Under the pieces are notes generated by a model. It was not told where the DNA came from. It saw only the letters and a list, made by a program, of their open reading frames with translations, and did no database searches. A program made the translations under genes and the position numbers. A stretch of 64,000 bases of DNA from NCBI GenBank assembly GCA_964610885.1, contig CAZSWR010000003.1:29770-93769 (forward strand), read 5' to 3'. The DNA is from an uncultured Hyphomicrobiales bacterium. Lineage in GTDB: Bacteria; Bacteroidota; Ignavibacteria; Kapaibacteriales; UBA2268. This document shows, piece by piece, positions 10,101 to 18,036 of the stretch. Each line of letters opens with the position of its first letter. Position 1 is the stretch's first letter.

Positions 10101-12569
10101 ATTAACAACTTGCACCCGAATACGGTTTACAAATACGTAACCGGCGGCCAAAAATCTGGCTACACAGGCTCGAAAGCCACTGACGGCGGAGCTGGCAACA
10201 ACTTCCACCACAACCACATAATGGACACATACGTCTATTCGACATTCAGAAATACGACCATGACGGACACAACGCCTTATTCGACATTTATGACAGGCGC
10301 TGCCGAAACCAGCAAGACGATTTGGATCAACTTGGTGCCGACTGCCAACGCTATCTTCGCCGAGGACAACCAATTCTATTGGATCGTAACGCTTGGCAAC
10401 GAAAAAGGCCTTATCAACCGCATGCAAACCACCAACCTCACGACATCGCTCGATTTCGGCGTGGGCAGAAAGAATGCAACCGGCATCGCAGACCGCAAGA
10501 GCGACCTCGACGTGAAGAACTTCGTCTGCCTCTACAACGAAACTGCCACCGGCACCCAGCCGATGACCACAGCTATCGTTATGCAAAACGGAGCAGAACT
10601 CCGCTACAACGGCAAGAGCCAAGCCGCTCCATTCTACAGGCTTTTGGAACTCGTTCCGAATTCGTGGGCGACCGTGATCCCGAACGGAATCAAAACCGGC
10701 CAAGACGAACTCGGCCAGCCGATCTACCAAGACGTTTCGCTCAAGAGACTCGAAGAATACTCGCCCAATGGCGTGCTTCTCCACACATGGATCAAAGACG
10801 ACGGCATTTGGAAAGGCGTCAGCACGCTTAACCTGTCCGGCGGCATGACGGCACCTCTCTATTTCGAGACACCGGAAATCACTTTGGTCAATCCTTTGCA
10901 ACACGACGCACAGACTATCTGCAATAGCGAACCTTTTGCCATCACATGGCAATCGCGAGGCATCTCTAACGTCAAAATCGAAGCCTCCGGCGACGACGGC
11001 GCTACCTGGACAACCGTGGCGGCATCCGCTCCGGCAGTTGCATACTCCGTTGGCGATTATTCCTATGGAAGCTACCTGTGGGATATGCCCCGGAACACAT
11101 ACACAAACCGTGCAGTACGCATCCGCGTAACACCGGTCGAACACAGCTACATTTCCTACACAAGCGGCCAACTTACCGTCTTCGACGGAGCCAAAGTGGA
11201 AGGCCTCACAGCGAATCAAATCATTTGCCAAGGCGAAGAACTTTCGTTGCAAGCCAATGCAAGCGGTTCGGGCGTGGGATACCAATGGTGCAAAGACAAC
11301 AAAGAAATCATCGGCGCCACTCTGCCGACGTACACGATCCCAAGCGCAGAATACATAAATTCCGGTATCTATACCTGCAAACTTACTTCGGCAGGCCCCT
11401 GCGGTGTGGTTACGTCGGATCCGATTCTGGTCTATGTGGCCGGCCCGACTCTCGTTACTCGCCAACCCGAGAATCAATCCGTTACCGAAGGTTCTTATGC
11501 TCGCTTCTTCATCGAAGCCCACATCAATGGCGCTCCGCCGGAGTACGTAACATCGTACCAATGGTACCGCAATGGCATGAGAATCACTGACAATGACAAA
11601 TACATCGGCTCGCAAACAGACGTCCTCGTCGTGGCAAACATCACAGCAGACGACAACGGAACTCAATACCATTGCGTTGCAAGAGGCCTCTGCGGTGCAT
11701 CTGCATCCGAGCGCGCCAAAATCACTGTCATCGACGGCGGAATCGTCGTTTCAGAGCAACCTCGCGACCAACGGACATGCCTTGGCTCGTCGGTTTCGCT
11801 TTCCACAGGAATCGAAATCAAAGCAACGGCACGCCCCACGTTCCAATGGTTCAAAGACGGATCGGCAATTCAAGACAACGATCTGTATTCGGGTACCAAT
11901 TCCAAAGTGCTTACAATTGCTAACGCAAACGAAGCCGCAAACGGATACTATCGCCTGTCGATCGTTAACCAAGAAAACGGGACGGAAATCCTTACATCGT
12001 CCGCCAGAGTATCGGTCCAGCCGGAAATTGCATTCGCAATGCCTGCCGAACTTTCGCTCAACATCGGCGAAACGATGATCGTCCGCGCCGAATCGAACGT
12101 TGACGCTACAGCATTCCAATGGTACTTCAATGGCAAGGCAATCGAAGGGGCAAACAATGCCACATTCGAGAAACCCGGATTCAACTTCACCGATTGCGGA
12201 GCATACCACTGCACAGCCACCACGGCCTGCGGCGATTTCACTTCGCCCACGGTGAACGTTACGGCTCTCTACAATCCGACATCGGCCGGAGACGTTTCGG
12301 TTAATGGCTACACACTCGAAGCCATCTCGCCGAATCCTGTTACGACCATCGCAGCAGTTCGCTACTCGCTGCCCGCTGCCGATCAGGTTCGCATCGAGCT
12401 TAGCGACATGTTTGGCAACAAGGTTGCAACGCTTAAATCCGCTTCCGAACAGGGCGCAGGCATTGCGTACATCAATGCAGAAAGCCTGAACCTGGCGAGC
12501 GGCATCTATTACGTAACGCTTAGGGCAGGCAAAGCCACTCTGACGCAGAAAATTTCAGTCGTCAGGTAA
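7191..12569 (+). CDS. giant secreted surface protein with repeats, Ig-like domains and a T9SS C-terminal sorting domain
   Basis: The track ORF starts at TTG 7164. The ATG at 7191 is preceded by AGGAG (7181-7185) and gives the signal peptide MHFKKLFFMLSIIVLAAVSAFGQ. There are three tandem ~99-aa repeats (about 7863-8745), a duplicated ~200-aa N-domain and four Ig I-set-like modules (QWCKDNKEI, YQWYRNGMRI, FQWFKDGSAI, FQWYFNGKAI). The C-terminus is a T9SS CTD (ISPNPVTT...SGIYYVTLRAGKATLTQKISVVR). Confidence 0.9.
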   Translation: MHFKKLFFMLSIIVLAAVSAFGQTHPTAYNLSGGSYNFNSWLGTNLSGTYPPNMMFHRTGGTTDPVVTTAMVADYTRGYAEASYGRIYGDGDNGFSFINSGTNATGPYLGAAVLALNTTGCTNIQIGWTGRTVAIGTGRPYVVRLEYRVDTTADWLDMPTTSMYAATGILGDFTVMPTVTLPASAENQAYVEVRWHYYQNAATGSGSRPRIGVDDITVSATVASAPVVTTSTATGTATQITTGGNVTNGGSAPVTARGVCWGTAVNPEITGDHTTDGAGTGEFTSTISGLTPNTVYHVRAYATNSVGTSYGSDVTTSTGGAIPPSVITAQPTATATTIETGGNVTAIGSSAVTARGVCWGTATAPTISGNHTTDGAGLGNYFSTITGLTPSTTYYVRAYATSADGTAYGFEYTIATLAPQPPTVTTTAGVPTATTIVTGGNVTNEGTTPVSARGVCWGTATGPTIAGNHTTDGTGAGVFTSTISGLSPVTTYYIRAYATSASGTSYGSEITVKTAVGAYDLFASEYNMVYWDSLALAGSYPPSMIFRCTTAVDPGLANEMNKDWTLGYNLKTGTRINGLLDSGFCFVNTGSSNAGGGWLGTAELSLNTTNCANIVVNWVGGFMDLSSSSTRDWRIRLQYKVGTTGTYNDVMDANGQPVEYSYDTYINNNNWASLPRDSKQLAGTLPFDAENQPYVVVRWKFYQKSSIAGGARPRMRIDDINITRQSTVGTPTKLTITAVTPEKPMTGLPFSITVRSTDATGAPKNVSQATTVTLSKTIGTGNLMGTLTGTIPAGLNYVVFNNLTYETAQAITVRADASLGDVLGFATKQITVLAKPTVALNIYPKGHVGIALPTFTVEARKANAEIETNYSNYDVTITKVSGPGNITGVMTKKAQNGVASFDGLVFSAAGSYVIRASAQFIGDAPDQEIVINAAPTLGEIIIPRFAKGVGNVDEVDENNSTRVPTYALVTINNLHPNTVYKYVTGGQKSGYTGSKATDGGAGNNFHHNHIMDTYVYSTFRNTTMTDTTPYSTFMTGAAETSKTIWINLVPTANAIFAEDNQFYWIVTLGNEKGLINRMQTTNLTTSLDFGVGRKNATGIADRKSDLDVKNFVCLYNETATGTQPMTTAIVMQNGAELRYNGKSQAAPFYRLLELVPNSWATVIPNGIKTGQDELGQPIYQDVSLKRLEEYSPNGVLLHTWIKDDGIWKGVSTLNLSGGMTAPLYFETPEITLVNPLQHDAQTICNSEPFAITWQSRGISNVKIEASGDDGATWTTVAASAPAVAYSVGDYSYGSYLWDMPRNTYTNRAVRIRVTPVEHSYISYTSGQLTVFDGAKVEGLTANQIICQGEELSLQANASGSGVGYQWCKDNKEIIGATLPTYTIPSAEYINSGIYTCKLTSAGPCGVVTSDPILVYVAGPTLVTRQPENQSVTEGSYARFFIEAHINGAPPEYVTSYQWYRNGMRITDNDKYIGSQTDVLVVANITADDNGTQYHCVARGLCGASASERAKITVIDGGIVVSEQPRDQRTCLGSSVSLSTGIEIKATARPTFQWFKDGSAIQDNDLYSGTNSKVLTIANANEAANGYYRLSIVNQENGTEILTSSARVSVQPEIAFAMPAELSLNIGETMIVRAESNVDATAFQWYFNGKAIEGANNATFEKPGFNFTDCGAYHCTATTACGDFTSPTVNVTALYNPTSAGDVSVNGYTLEAISPNPVTTIAAVRYSLPAADQVRIELSDMFGNKVATLKSASEQGAGIAYINAESLNLASGIYYVTLRAGKATLTQKISVVR

Positions 12570-12603
12570 ACCGACTGCAACCAATAGAGTTATTACCAAA
12601 ACG

Positions 12604-12640
12604 AACTCCCTTTCCGGCTGCCGGGAAGGGAGTTTTGTTT
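12604..12640 (+). terminator. rho-independent terminator of the giant surface-protein gene
   Basis: 14-bp stem AACTCCCTTTCCGG / CCGGGAAGGGAGTT with a 3-nt loop, followed by TTTTGTTT. Confidence 0.85.
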
Positions 12641-12679
12641 GGAGCACCGGAGTTGGGAACTGTACCATTCCGAATGGCT

Positions 12680-12750
12680 GAGACTTCCATAAAAAAACGT
12701 TTTCTTAAGTCCCTTCTACCGTCGGGAGAAGGGCTGGGGACGAGGGTATA
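12680..12750 (+). repeat. family 3: ~70-bp module ending in hairpin CCCTTCTCCCG-CCG-GGAGAAGGG + CCGGGGATGAGGGTATA
   Basis: gagacttccat...acgttttcttaagtcccttctaccgtcgggagaagggctggggacgagggtata. Confidence 0.8.
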
Positions 12751-12798
12751 GAATATATTTCATATTTTTAATGAATAATCCAGGTTTATATCGCTTAG

Positions 12799-13016
12799 GA
12801 GGCTGTTGAAAAAGTAAAAGATTTGCAACAATGGGTTTCAACCTATTGCATGTATTGCTGTAACTCATTGAAATATCGACAAATCCCCCAACCCCCTTTT
12901 TCTAAGGGGGCTAAAGAATGGTATGGGCTAATACATTGATAATATAGTAGTTATGGTTTGTATCGAACCCACGGGTTAACCCGTGGGATGGCACAGAGCT
13001 ACTTTTTCAACAGACT
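12799..13016. repeat. family 6: composite bounded by AGGCTGTTGAAAAAGTA / TACTTTTTCAACAGACT, enclosing a family 4 module
   Basis: Left end at 12799-12815 and right end at 13000-13016. The right sub-module is ccacgggttaacccgtgggatggcacagagctactttttcaacag. Confidence 0.65.
12878..12921 (+). repeat. family 4: AAATCCCCCAACCCC...AAGGGGGC module
   Basis: gacaaatcccccaaccccctttttctaagggggctaaagaatgg. Confidence 0.8.
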
Positions 13017-13501
13017 GTTAGTATGGGTAGATACAATACGCCAAAAAACCGAGGCATGCATATCTTGAAATCCTCTTCTCGAGAATAATTTCTAACCACC
13101 CCAGAAACCCATTGCTGCGCAACGGATTTCTCATCCCATCCTTGGCAAGGAGGGGACCAAAGGGGAGGTTTAATGATTTAAATAGCTCGCCCACCTAACA
13201 CGATATAGAACCAATAATAACACGAGTATAATACTTTCACTTGAAATGCGCCGTAACGAACTTGCGGCGCTTTTTTTGTTTGTGCCGCTGTTTTTCTTCG
13301 ATTTTCCTTCGGCGAAACGAGTTAATTTCCTTATTTTTGTACGGAGTTTGAGCGTGCAATCGGCACAAACCAATTCATGTGGCGACTGCCACTATATTAT
13401 CAAGGGCAGCGCAATGATGAAATGAATGGTGAACAAGATTCATTATTCCTTATGTTAGAATGAAATTTAACTTTTTATATTAATAATCAAAGTACTAAGC
13501 A

Positions 13502-14794
13502 ATGATACCACGCTACACTCGGCCCGAAATGGGAAAAATCTGGAGCGACGAAAACAAGTATAAAATCTGGCTCGATATCGAAGTCCTCGCCACCGAAGCC
13601 CAAGCGATTCAGGGCATAGTCCCGCAATCTGCCATCGATACCATTCGCGAAAAGGCTCGGTTCGACGTCGGCCGAATCAACGAAATCGAAGAGACCACCA
13701 AACACGACGTTATCGCATTCCTGACAAACGTGGAGGAATACGTCGGCGAGCCGTCCCGATACATTCACCTGGGCATGACCTCCAGCGACGTTTTGGACAC
13801 TTGCTTCGGGATGCAGTGCAAGCAAAGTGGCGAACTGCTCGTGGAGGGTCTCGAGCGGCTGAAGGAAGTCCTGGCCCGCCGCGCCCGCGAGTTCAAATAC
13901 ACAATTTGCGTGGGCCGCACGCACGGAATCCATGCCGAACCGGTTACTTTCGGATTGAAATTCGCCCTCTGGTACGAAGAGTGCAAACGCAACATCGAGC
14001 GTATGCGCCGCGCCGTGGCCGAAGTGGCCGTAGGCAAGATCAGCGGTGCAGTCGGCACGTTCGAGCACCTCAGCCCGCAGGTGGAGGAATACGTCTGCGA
14101 GAAACTCGGACTGAAGCCCGCGCCGGTCGGAACGCAAGTGGTCCAACGCGACATCCACGCCGAATACATGGGCGCAATGGCTCTGGCGGCCAGCATGCTC
14201 GAGAAAATTGCCACGGAAATCCGCCACCTGCAGAAAACCGAAGTGCTCGAGGCAGAGGAATATTTCTCGAAAGGCCAGAAAGGCAGCTCGGCAATGCCCC
14301 ACAAACGCAACCCGATCGCCAGCGAAAACATCTGCGGCCAGGCAAGGATGATCCGCGCAAATTTGCAAGCAGCTATCGAGAACAATGCACTCTGGCACGA
14401 ACGCGACATCTCGCATTCCAGCGTCGAACGTATCATTTTCCCCGATTCGACCGTTACGCTCGATTACATACTCCACAGAGCTATCAACCTCTTGGACAAA
14501 TTGCTGGTCTATCCGGACAATATGATGCGGAACCTGAATATCACGAACGGGCTGATTCACTCGCAATCCGTATTGCTCGCGCTGGCGAAAAAAGGCCTCA
14601 AACGCCAAGAGGCTTACGTCCTCGTGCAGAGGTCGGCAATGCGTACGTGGTCCGAACGGATCCCGTTCATGCAGACTCTGCTCGAAAACGAAGAACTGAT
14701 GCAGCACACCACGAAGGAAGAAATTGAATCGCTCTTCAATTACGACGTAATCCTGCGGAGCGTGGACTATATCTTCAATCGCTGCGGACTCTAA
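13502..14794 (+). CDS. purB: adenylosuccinate lyase
   Basis: 430 aa with N-terminus MIPRYTRPEMGKIWSDENKYKIWLDIEV and the fumarate-lyase signature GSSAMPHKRNP. Confidence 0.95.
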   Translation: MIPRYTRPEMGKIWSDENKYKIWLDIEVLATEAQAIQGIVPQSAIDTIREKARFDVGRINEIEETTKHDVIAFLTNVEEYVGEPSRYIHLGMTSSDVLDTCFGMQCKQSGELLVEGLERLKEVLARRAREFKYTICVGRTHGIHAEPVTFGLKFALWYEECKRNIERMRRAVAEVAVGKISGAVGTFEHLSPQVEEYVCEKLGLKPAPVGTQVVQRDIHAEYMGAMALAASMLEKIATEIRHLQKTEVLEAEEYFSKGQKGSSAMPHKRNPIASENICGQARMIRANLQAAIENNALWHERDISHSSVERIIFPDSTVTLDYILHRAINLLDKLLVYPDNMMRNLNITNGLIHSQSVLLALAKKGLKRQEAYVLVQRSAMRTWSERIPFMQTLLENEELMQHTTKEEIESLFNYDVILRSVDYIFNRCGL

Positions 14795-14934
14795 ACTGCA
14801 CCAACAGAATAAAACTTGCTCGCCCTGACTGCGCTGCGGCCGATGCGCGAAGGGCGAGCGGGTGGCGACTGCCACTTTAATTTTCCTTGCTTTAGAAAAG
14901 AAGAGATTTCCAAGAATTGATTCCAAGCCAAACA

Positions 14935-15873
14935 ATGAATTCTCCGATGAACGAAAATAAGTGCGACGTAACCGTAATACTAATCAACTACAATTCAGTT
15001 GGATTCACGCGCAATTGTATTGAATCGTTAGAAAAATTTGCGCCCAGAGACTTCCGCTTTTCCATCGTAGTGGTGGACAACAACTCTCGGGCCGAAGACC
15101 GCGCCGCACTCGAAGAGTTTTGCGCTGGGCGGTCTGGCGTGCGCCTTGTCGAGAGCGTTATCAATCTGGGCTTTTCCGGCGGGAATATGCTTGGCGCGCA
15201 ATACGCCGACGGCGAGTTCCTCTGGTTCCTGAACAACGATACAGTGCTGCTGAACGACAACATTACGGAGTTCGTCAAATTCTTCAAATCGGAGAAAAAG
15301 GCAGCGCTGGCCACCGGCAGGATTTACGATGCGGAAATGAGGCCGTTCAATAGTTTCTCGCATCTGCCGACGGTAACGCAAACCATACTGGGGAAACGAA
15401 TACTCGAGAAGCTGAAACCGGAGAAATATCCCAAGATAACGCCGGATTACGACTCTCCGCTGCGCGTTGGGATGGTCTCGGGCGCGTCGATGTTCGTCCG
15501 GGCGGAACACTTTGCGCAAATCGGCGGATTCGACACTGTCCACTTTCTTTACTGCGAAGAGGAAGACCTGGCGATGAGGTTCACTCGCGCCGGCTATTCT
15601 GTTTTCTATGTCCCCACGCCGGAATTGGTTCATTACGGCGGCCAGAGCACGGCCAGCAATTTCGATATCGACAGGGAGTATTTCATCTCTTTGTTCTATT
15701 ACTTTTCCAAGCACTTCAATCCATTCCAAAGAGCGTTGATGCGCGCCTACTACGTCGTCCGAAACCTCAAGAGGACCACGCGCGGCCTTAAGTACCTCCG
15801 GCTTGCATGGTTCGTCGTGAGCTTTGCCGGATTCGAGAAATCGCTACGCCACAAGCAGAAAATGCGTAGGTGA
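14935..15873 (+). CDS. family 2 glycosyltransferase
   Basis: GT-A motifs: TVILINYNS, VVVDNNS, FLNNDTV, DLAMRF. The track ORF begins at TTG 14917; an in-frame ATG at 14935 is preferred. Confidence 0.8.
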   Translation: MNSPMNENKCDVTVILINYNSVGFTRNCIESLEKFAPRDFRFSIVVVDNNSRAEDRAALEEFCAGRSGVRLVESVINLGFSGGNMLGAQYADGEFLWFLNNDTVLLNDNITEFVKFFKSEKKAALATGRIYDAEMRPFNSFSHLPTVTQTILGKRILEKLKPEKYPKITPDYDSPLRVGMVSGASMFVRAEHFAQIGGFDTVHFLYCEEEDLAMRFTRAGYSVFYVPTPELVHYGGQSTASNFDIDREYFISLFYYFSKHFNPFQRALMRAYYVVRNLKRTTRGLKYLRLAWFVVSFAGFEKSLRHKQKMRR

Positions 15874-15947
15874 TATCTTCGCCCATAAACCCAAATTGTT
15901 CGTTTGAAAACCCTCAATCCCTAAATCCCTTTCTCCCAAAGGGCGAT

Positions 15948-16019
15948 GAGGGACTTCCAACAAATCACGTTTTCTTACTCCCTTCTCCCGCCGGGAGAAG
16001 GGCCGGGGATGAGGGTATA
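15948..16019 (+). repeat. family 3 copy
   Basis: gagggacttccaa...cacgttttcttactcccttctcccgccgggagaagggccggggatgagggtata. Confidence 0.85.
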
Positions 16020-16119
16020 ACAAAAATGTCAAATCCTTAATGAACAATTTGGTATAAAAAAAACTCTATTGCGCGCATTTCGTTTGCAATAGAGTTTCTT
16101 CGTTTCTCGAGGTGTAAAA

Positions 16120-16632
16120 CTATTTCTTTACTTTGGGCTTGATTTTGTTTCTCTTCGGGCCGCTGATAAGGTCTTTGAGCGATTTCACTTTGTTCAAATC
16201 GATATCGCCGGAGATCCAGATCATCGTTGTCCCGGTCTTATTGAAGGCTTTCATAAGCAATTCTTCGACTTTTGCGCCATTCTTTTTGATCATAATCCTG
16301 ACGTCTGAACCCTTTTCGCTAACGGACATCCACTCCTTGAAGCCGGACGGGGTCGAAAGCGATTTGAGGTCTGCGGTGAGCGATTGGCCCTCCGTATTCG
16401 ATTCCAAGTGGTGGCAATTCAGTATCTTGATCAGCTTCACGTCCTTCAGGGCCTGTTCCAATTCGGGCGAATCGATAAGCGAGAAGACTGACGTCGGGTC
16501 TGTGAAGGAAACGCTGGTGATACCGTCCTTGCCGGAGTATTTGCTGATGATGTTTTGCACTTCGGCGGGTTGGGCCAGGGCGACTAATGGAACAATGAAC
16601 AGAGAAAGCAATATAGTAGCAAGTTTTTTCAT
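16120..16632 (-). CDS. DUF4252-like secreted protein
   Basis: 170 aa with a signal peptide (MKKLATILLSLFIVPLVALA). Its position downstream of an ECF sigma/anti-sigma pair is the typical DUF4252 context. Confidence 0.6.
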   Translation of the reverse strand: MKKLATILLSLFIVPLVALAQPAEVQNIISKYSGKDGITSVSFTDPTSVFSLIDSPELEQALKDVKLIKILNCHHLESNTEGQSLTADLKSLSTPSGFKEWMSVSEKGSDVRIMIKKNGAKVEELLMKAFNKTGTTMIWISGDIDLNKVKSLKDLISGPKRNKIKPKVKK

Positions 16633-16650
16633 ATCAGAGATTTCCTTTCA

Positions 16651-17178
16651 TTAATAGGTGTCGGTCGAAGCGATCAGGTTAATGTCTTCGGCGGCTTCGA
16701 TTCCAGTTTCAATAAAATCAAGGGTTTGCAGTTGTTCGTCGGCTGTGTAGAGGCTCGACGAAAGTATCTCGAGAGCGTCGAGCGTGGCCGCAACGCTTTC
16801 GTCTTCGTATTGGGCCGCATTGGAATTGTCGATAACCAAGCCCTTCGGAGCGCCGAATGGGTTCATGTCCGACAAGAGAATAAACAGGGCCGAACAGGCG
16901 ACAAGCACGGCAGCGGCAGAGCTATAGAGCATTTTCCGGCGGAACGTGCGGATGCGCGACACCTTGAGGCGCGAGCGGAATTGATTATCGAAATCGGCTC
17001 CGAGCGGTTCGTCCAGCACGTCGGCCGAGCAGCATTCGAAGAAAAGACGGGTTTCGTAGTGTTCGCTGCCGATCTCCGCTGCCGAAGTCAGCTTGCGCAG
17101 CTCGGCTTCTTCGGCTTCGGTGGCCTCGCCGGAGTAGAATTTCTCCGCAAGAAGCCTTATATCGTCATTTGTTGTCAT
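16651..17178 (-). CDS. putative single-pass anti-sigma factor
   Basis: 175 aa with one TM segment (LYSSAAAVLVACSALFILL). Its start overlaps the stop of the upstream ECF sigma gene by 14 nt. Confidence 0.55.
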   Translation of the reverse strand: MTTNDDIRLLAEKFYSGEATEAEEAELRKLTSAAEIGSEHYETRLFFECCSADVLDEPLGADFDNQFRSRLKVSRIRTFRRKMLYSSAAAVLVACSALFILLSDMNPFGAPKGLVIDNSNAAQYEDESVAATLDALEILSSSLYTADEQLQTLDFIETGIEAAEDINLIASTDTY

Positions 17179-17695
17179 TGTATTTATAATTGTATTTCTT
17201 CAACATAATTTCTTTAATCCTTGTCCGAGCCCTCGATAGCGTCGCTTTGATCACGGTTTCTTCGTAGCCGGTAACGTCTTTGATTTCCTTGTAGCTCATT
17301 CCCTCCACGTCCCTGAGTTGAACCATAGTTTTCCATTTCTCGGGGAAAGCGTCGATTATGGCGCGCACGGCGTCGTAGGCGTCTTTGTGTTCGGTCCATT
17401 TGTCAATGTCGTAGTCATTACTTTTGATTTCGTATTCCAAATCGTCGTAATTGACCTTTTTGTACTTCTTGTGTTTGGAGCGAAGCATGTCGAGGCACAA
17501 GTTCCGCGTAACGACCATTGCGAAGCTGATCGGTGGCGGGTCTGCCTCGAACGAGGCTCTTTTGTTCCAAAGCTTTATCAGTGCTTCCTGCACAATTTCT
17601 TCGGCGTCTTCGTGGCTTGATAAAAGTCGTTTGGCGAGTCGAAACATCTTGTTTTTCATCGGGAGAACTACTTTTTCAAAGTCTCTATCTTCCAT
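17165..17695 (-). CDS. RNA polymerase ECF-type sigma-70 factor
   Basis: Region 2 (AEEIVQEALIKLWNK) and region 4 HTH (MSYKEIKDVTGYEETVIKATLSRARTRIKE). The internal ATG at 17695 (MEDRDFEKV...) is preferred over the track start at 17857. Confidence 0.85.
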   Translation of the reverse strand: MEDRDFEKVVLPMKNKMFRLAKRLLSSHEDAEEIVQEALIKLWNKRASFEADPPPISFAMVVTRNLCLDMLRSKHKKYKKVNYDDLEYEIKSNDYDIDKWTEHKDAYDAVRAIIDAFPEKWKTMVQLRDVEGMSYKEIKDVTGYEETVIKATLSRARTRIKEIMLKKYNYKYNDNK

Positions 17696-17872
17696 AATAT
17701 ACAACGATAAAAATTTAAAAAGGTAACGCGAAAAATGAAAATTAAATGAACGCAATTGCAAATATATCAAATTTTTCTCTAACCGGCGGGCAGGAATGTT
17801 TGGGGGCTGCCGGAAAATGTATTCTCCGGCGTCAGTGGCGGCGCCAGCCCCGCGCAAGTGGTTCTATTCGTA

Positions 17873-17939
17873 ACTCGTCCGATGACTACAGATTCTGCAA
17901 TGTCAATTACGAATGAATGCCTATATTCATCGGATGCGT
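17873..17939. repeat. family 1 copy (diverged)
   Basis: actcgtccgatgact...ttcatcggatgcgt. Confidence 0.7.
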
Positions 17940-18036
17940 ATTTTTGAAAAAAGGAAGAACGATGTTGACCATTCTCCCTTTTTATTCAATCTCTTCGTCT
18001 TTGCAATGCAATTATGAACAAACTGGCAGGCGCCAC

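Noticed and set aside
9306-11672. A 788-aa ORF antisense to the giant surface-protein gene. Similar long antisense ORFs occur at 13487-14935, 18154-19131, 23230-24243, 58485-59504 and 21327-22037.
   Set aside because: These are shadow ORFs typical of GC-rich coding DNA. They are Arg/Cys/Val/Ala-rich with no motifs. The opposite strand in each case encodes a protein with clear family signatures (purB, leuS, htpG, PGM and others).
13379-14875. An identical 14-bp hairpin GTGGCGACTGCCAC on both sides of purB (13379-13392 and 14862-14875), which might be cassette boundaries.
   Set aside because: By my estimate, a 64-kb window compared on both strands is expected to contain on the order of ten chance 14-mer matches. 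The flanking sequence is not conserved. purB is a core gene with normal composition.
16120-17695. The ECF sigma / anti-sigma / DUF4252 triad as a novel system.
   Set aside because: This three-gene arrangement is, to my knowledge, a common and already catalogued pattern in Bacteroidota-like genomes, and nothing here deviates from it.
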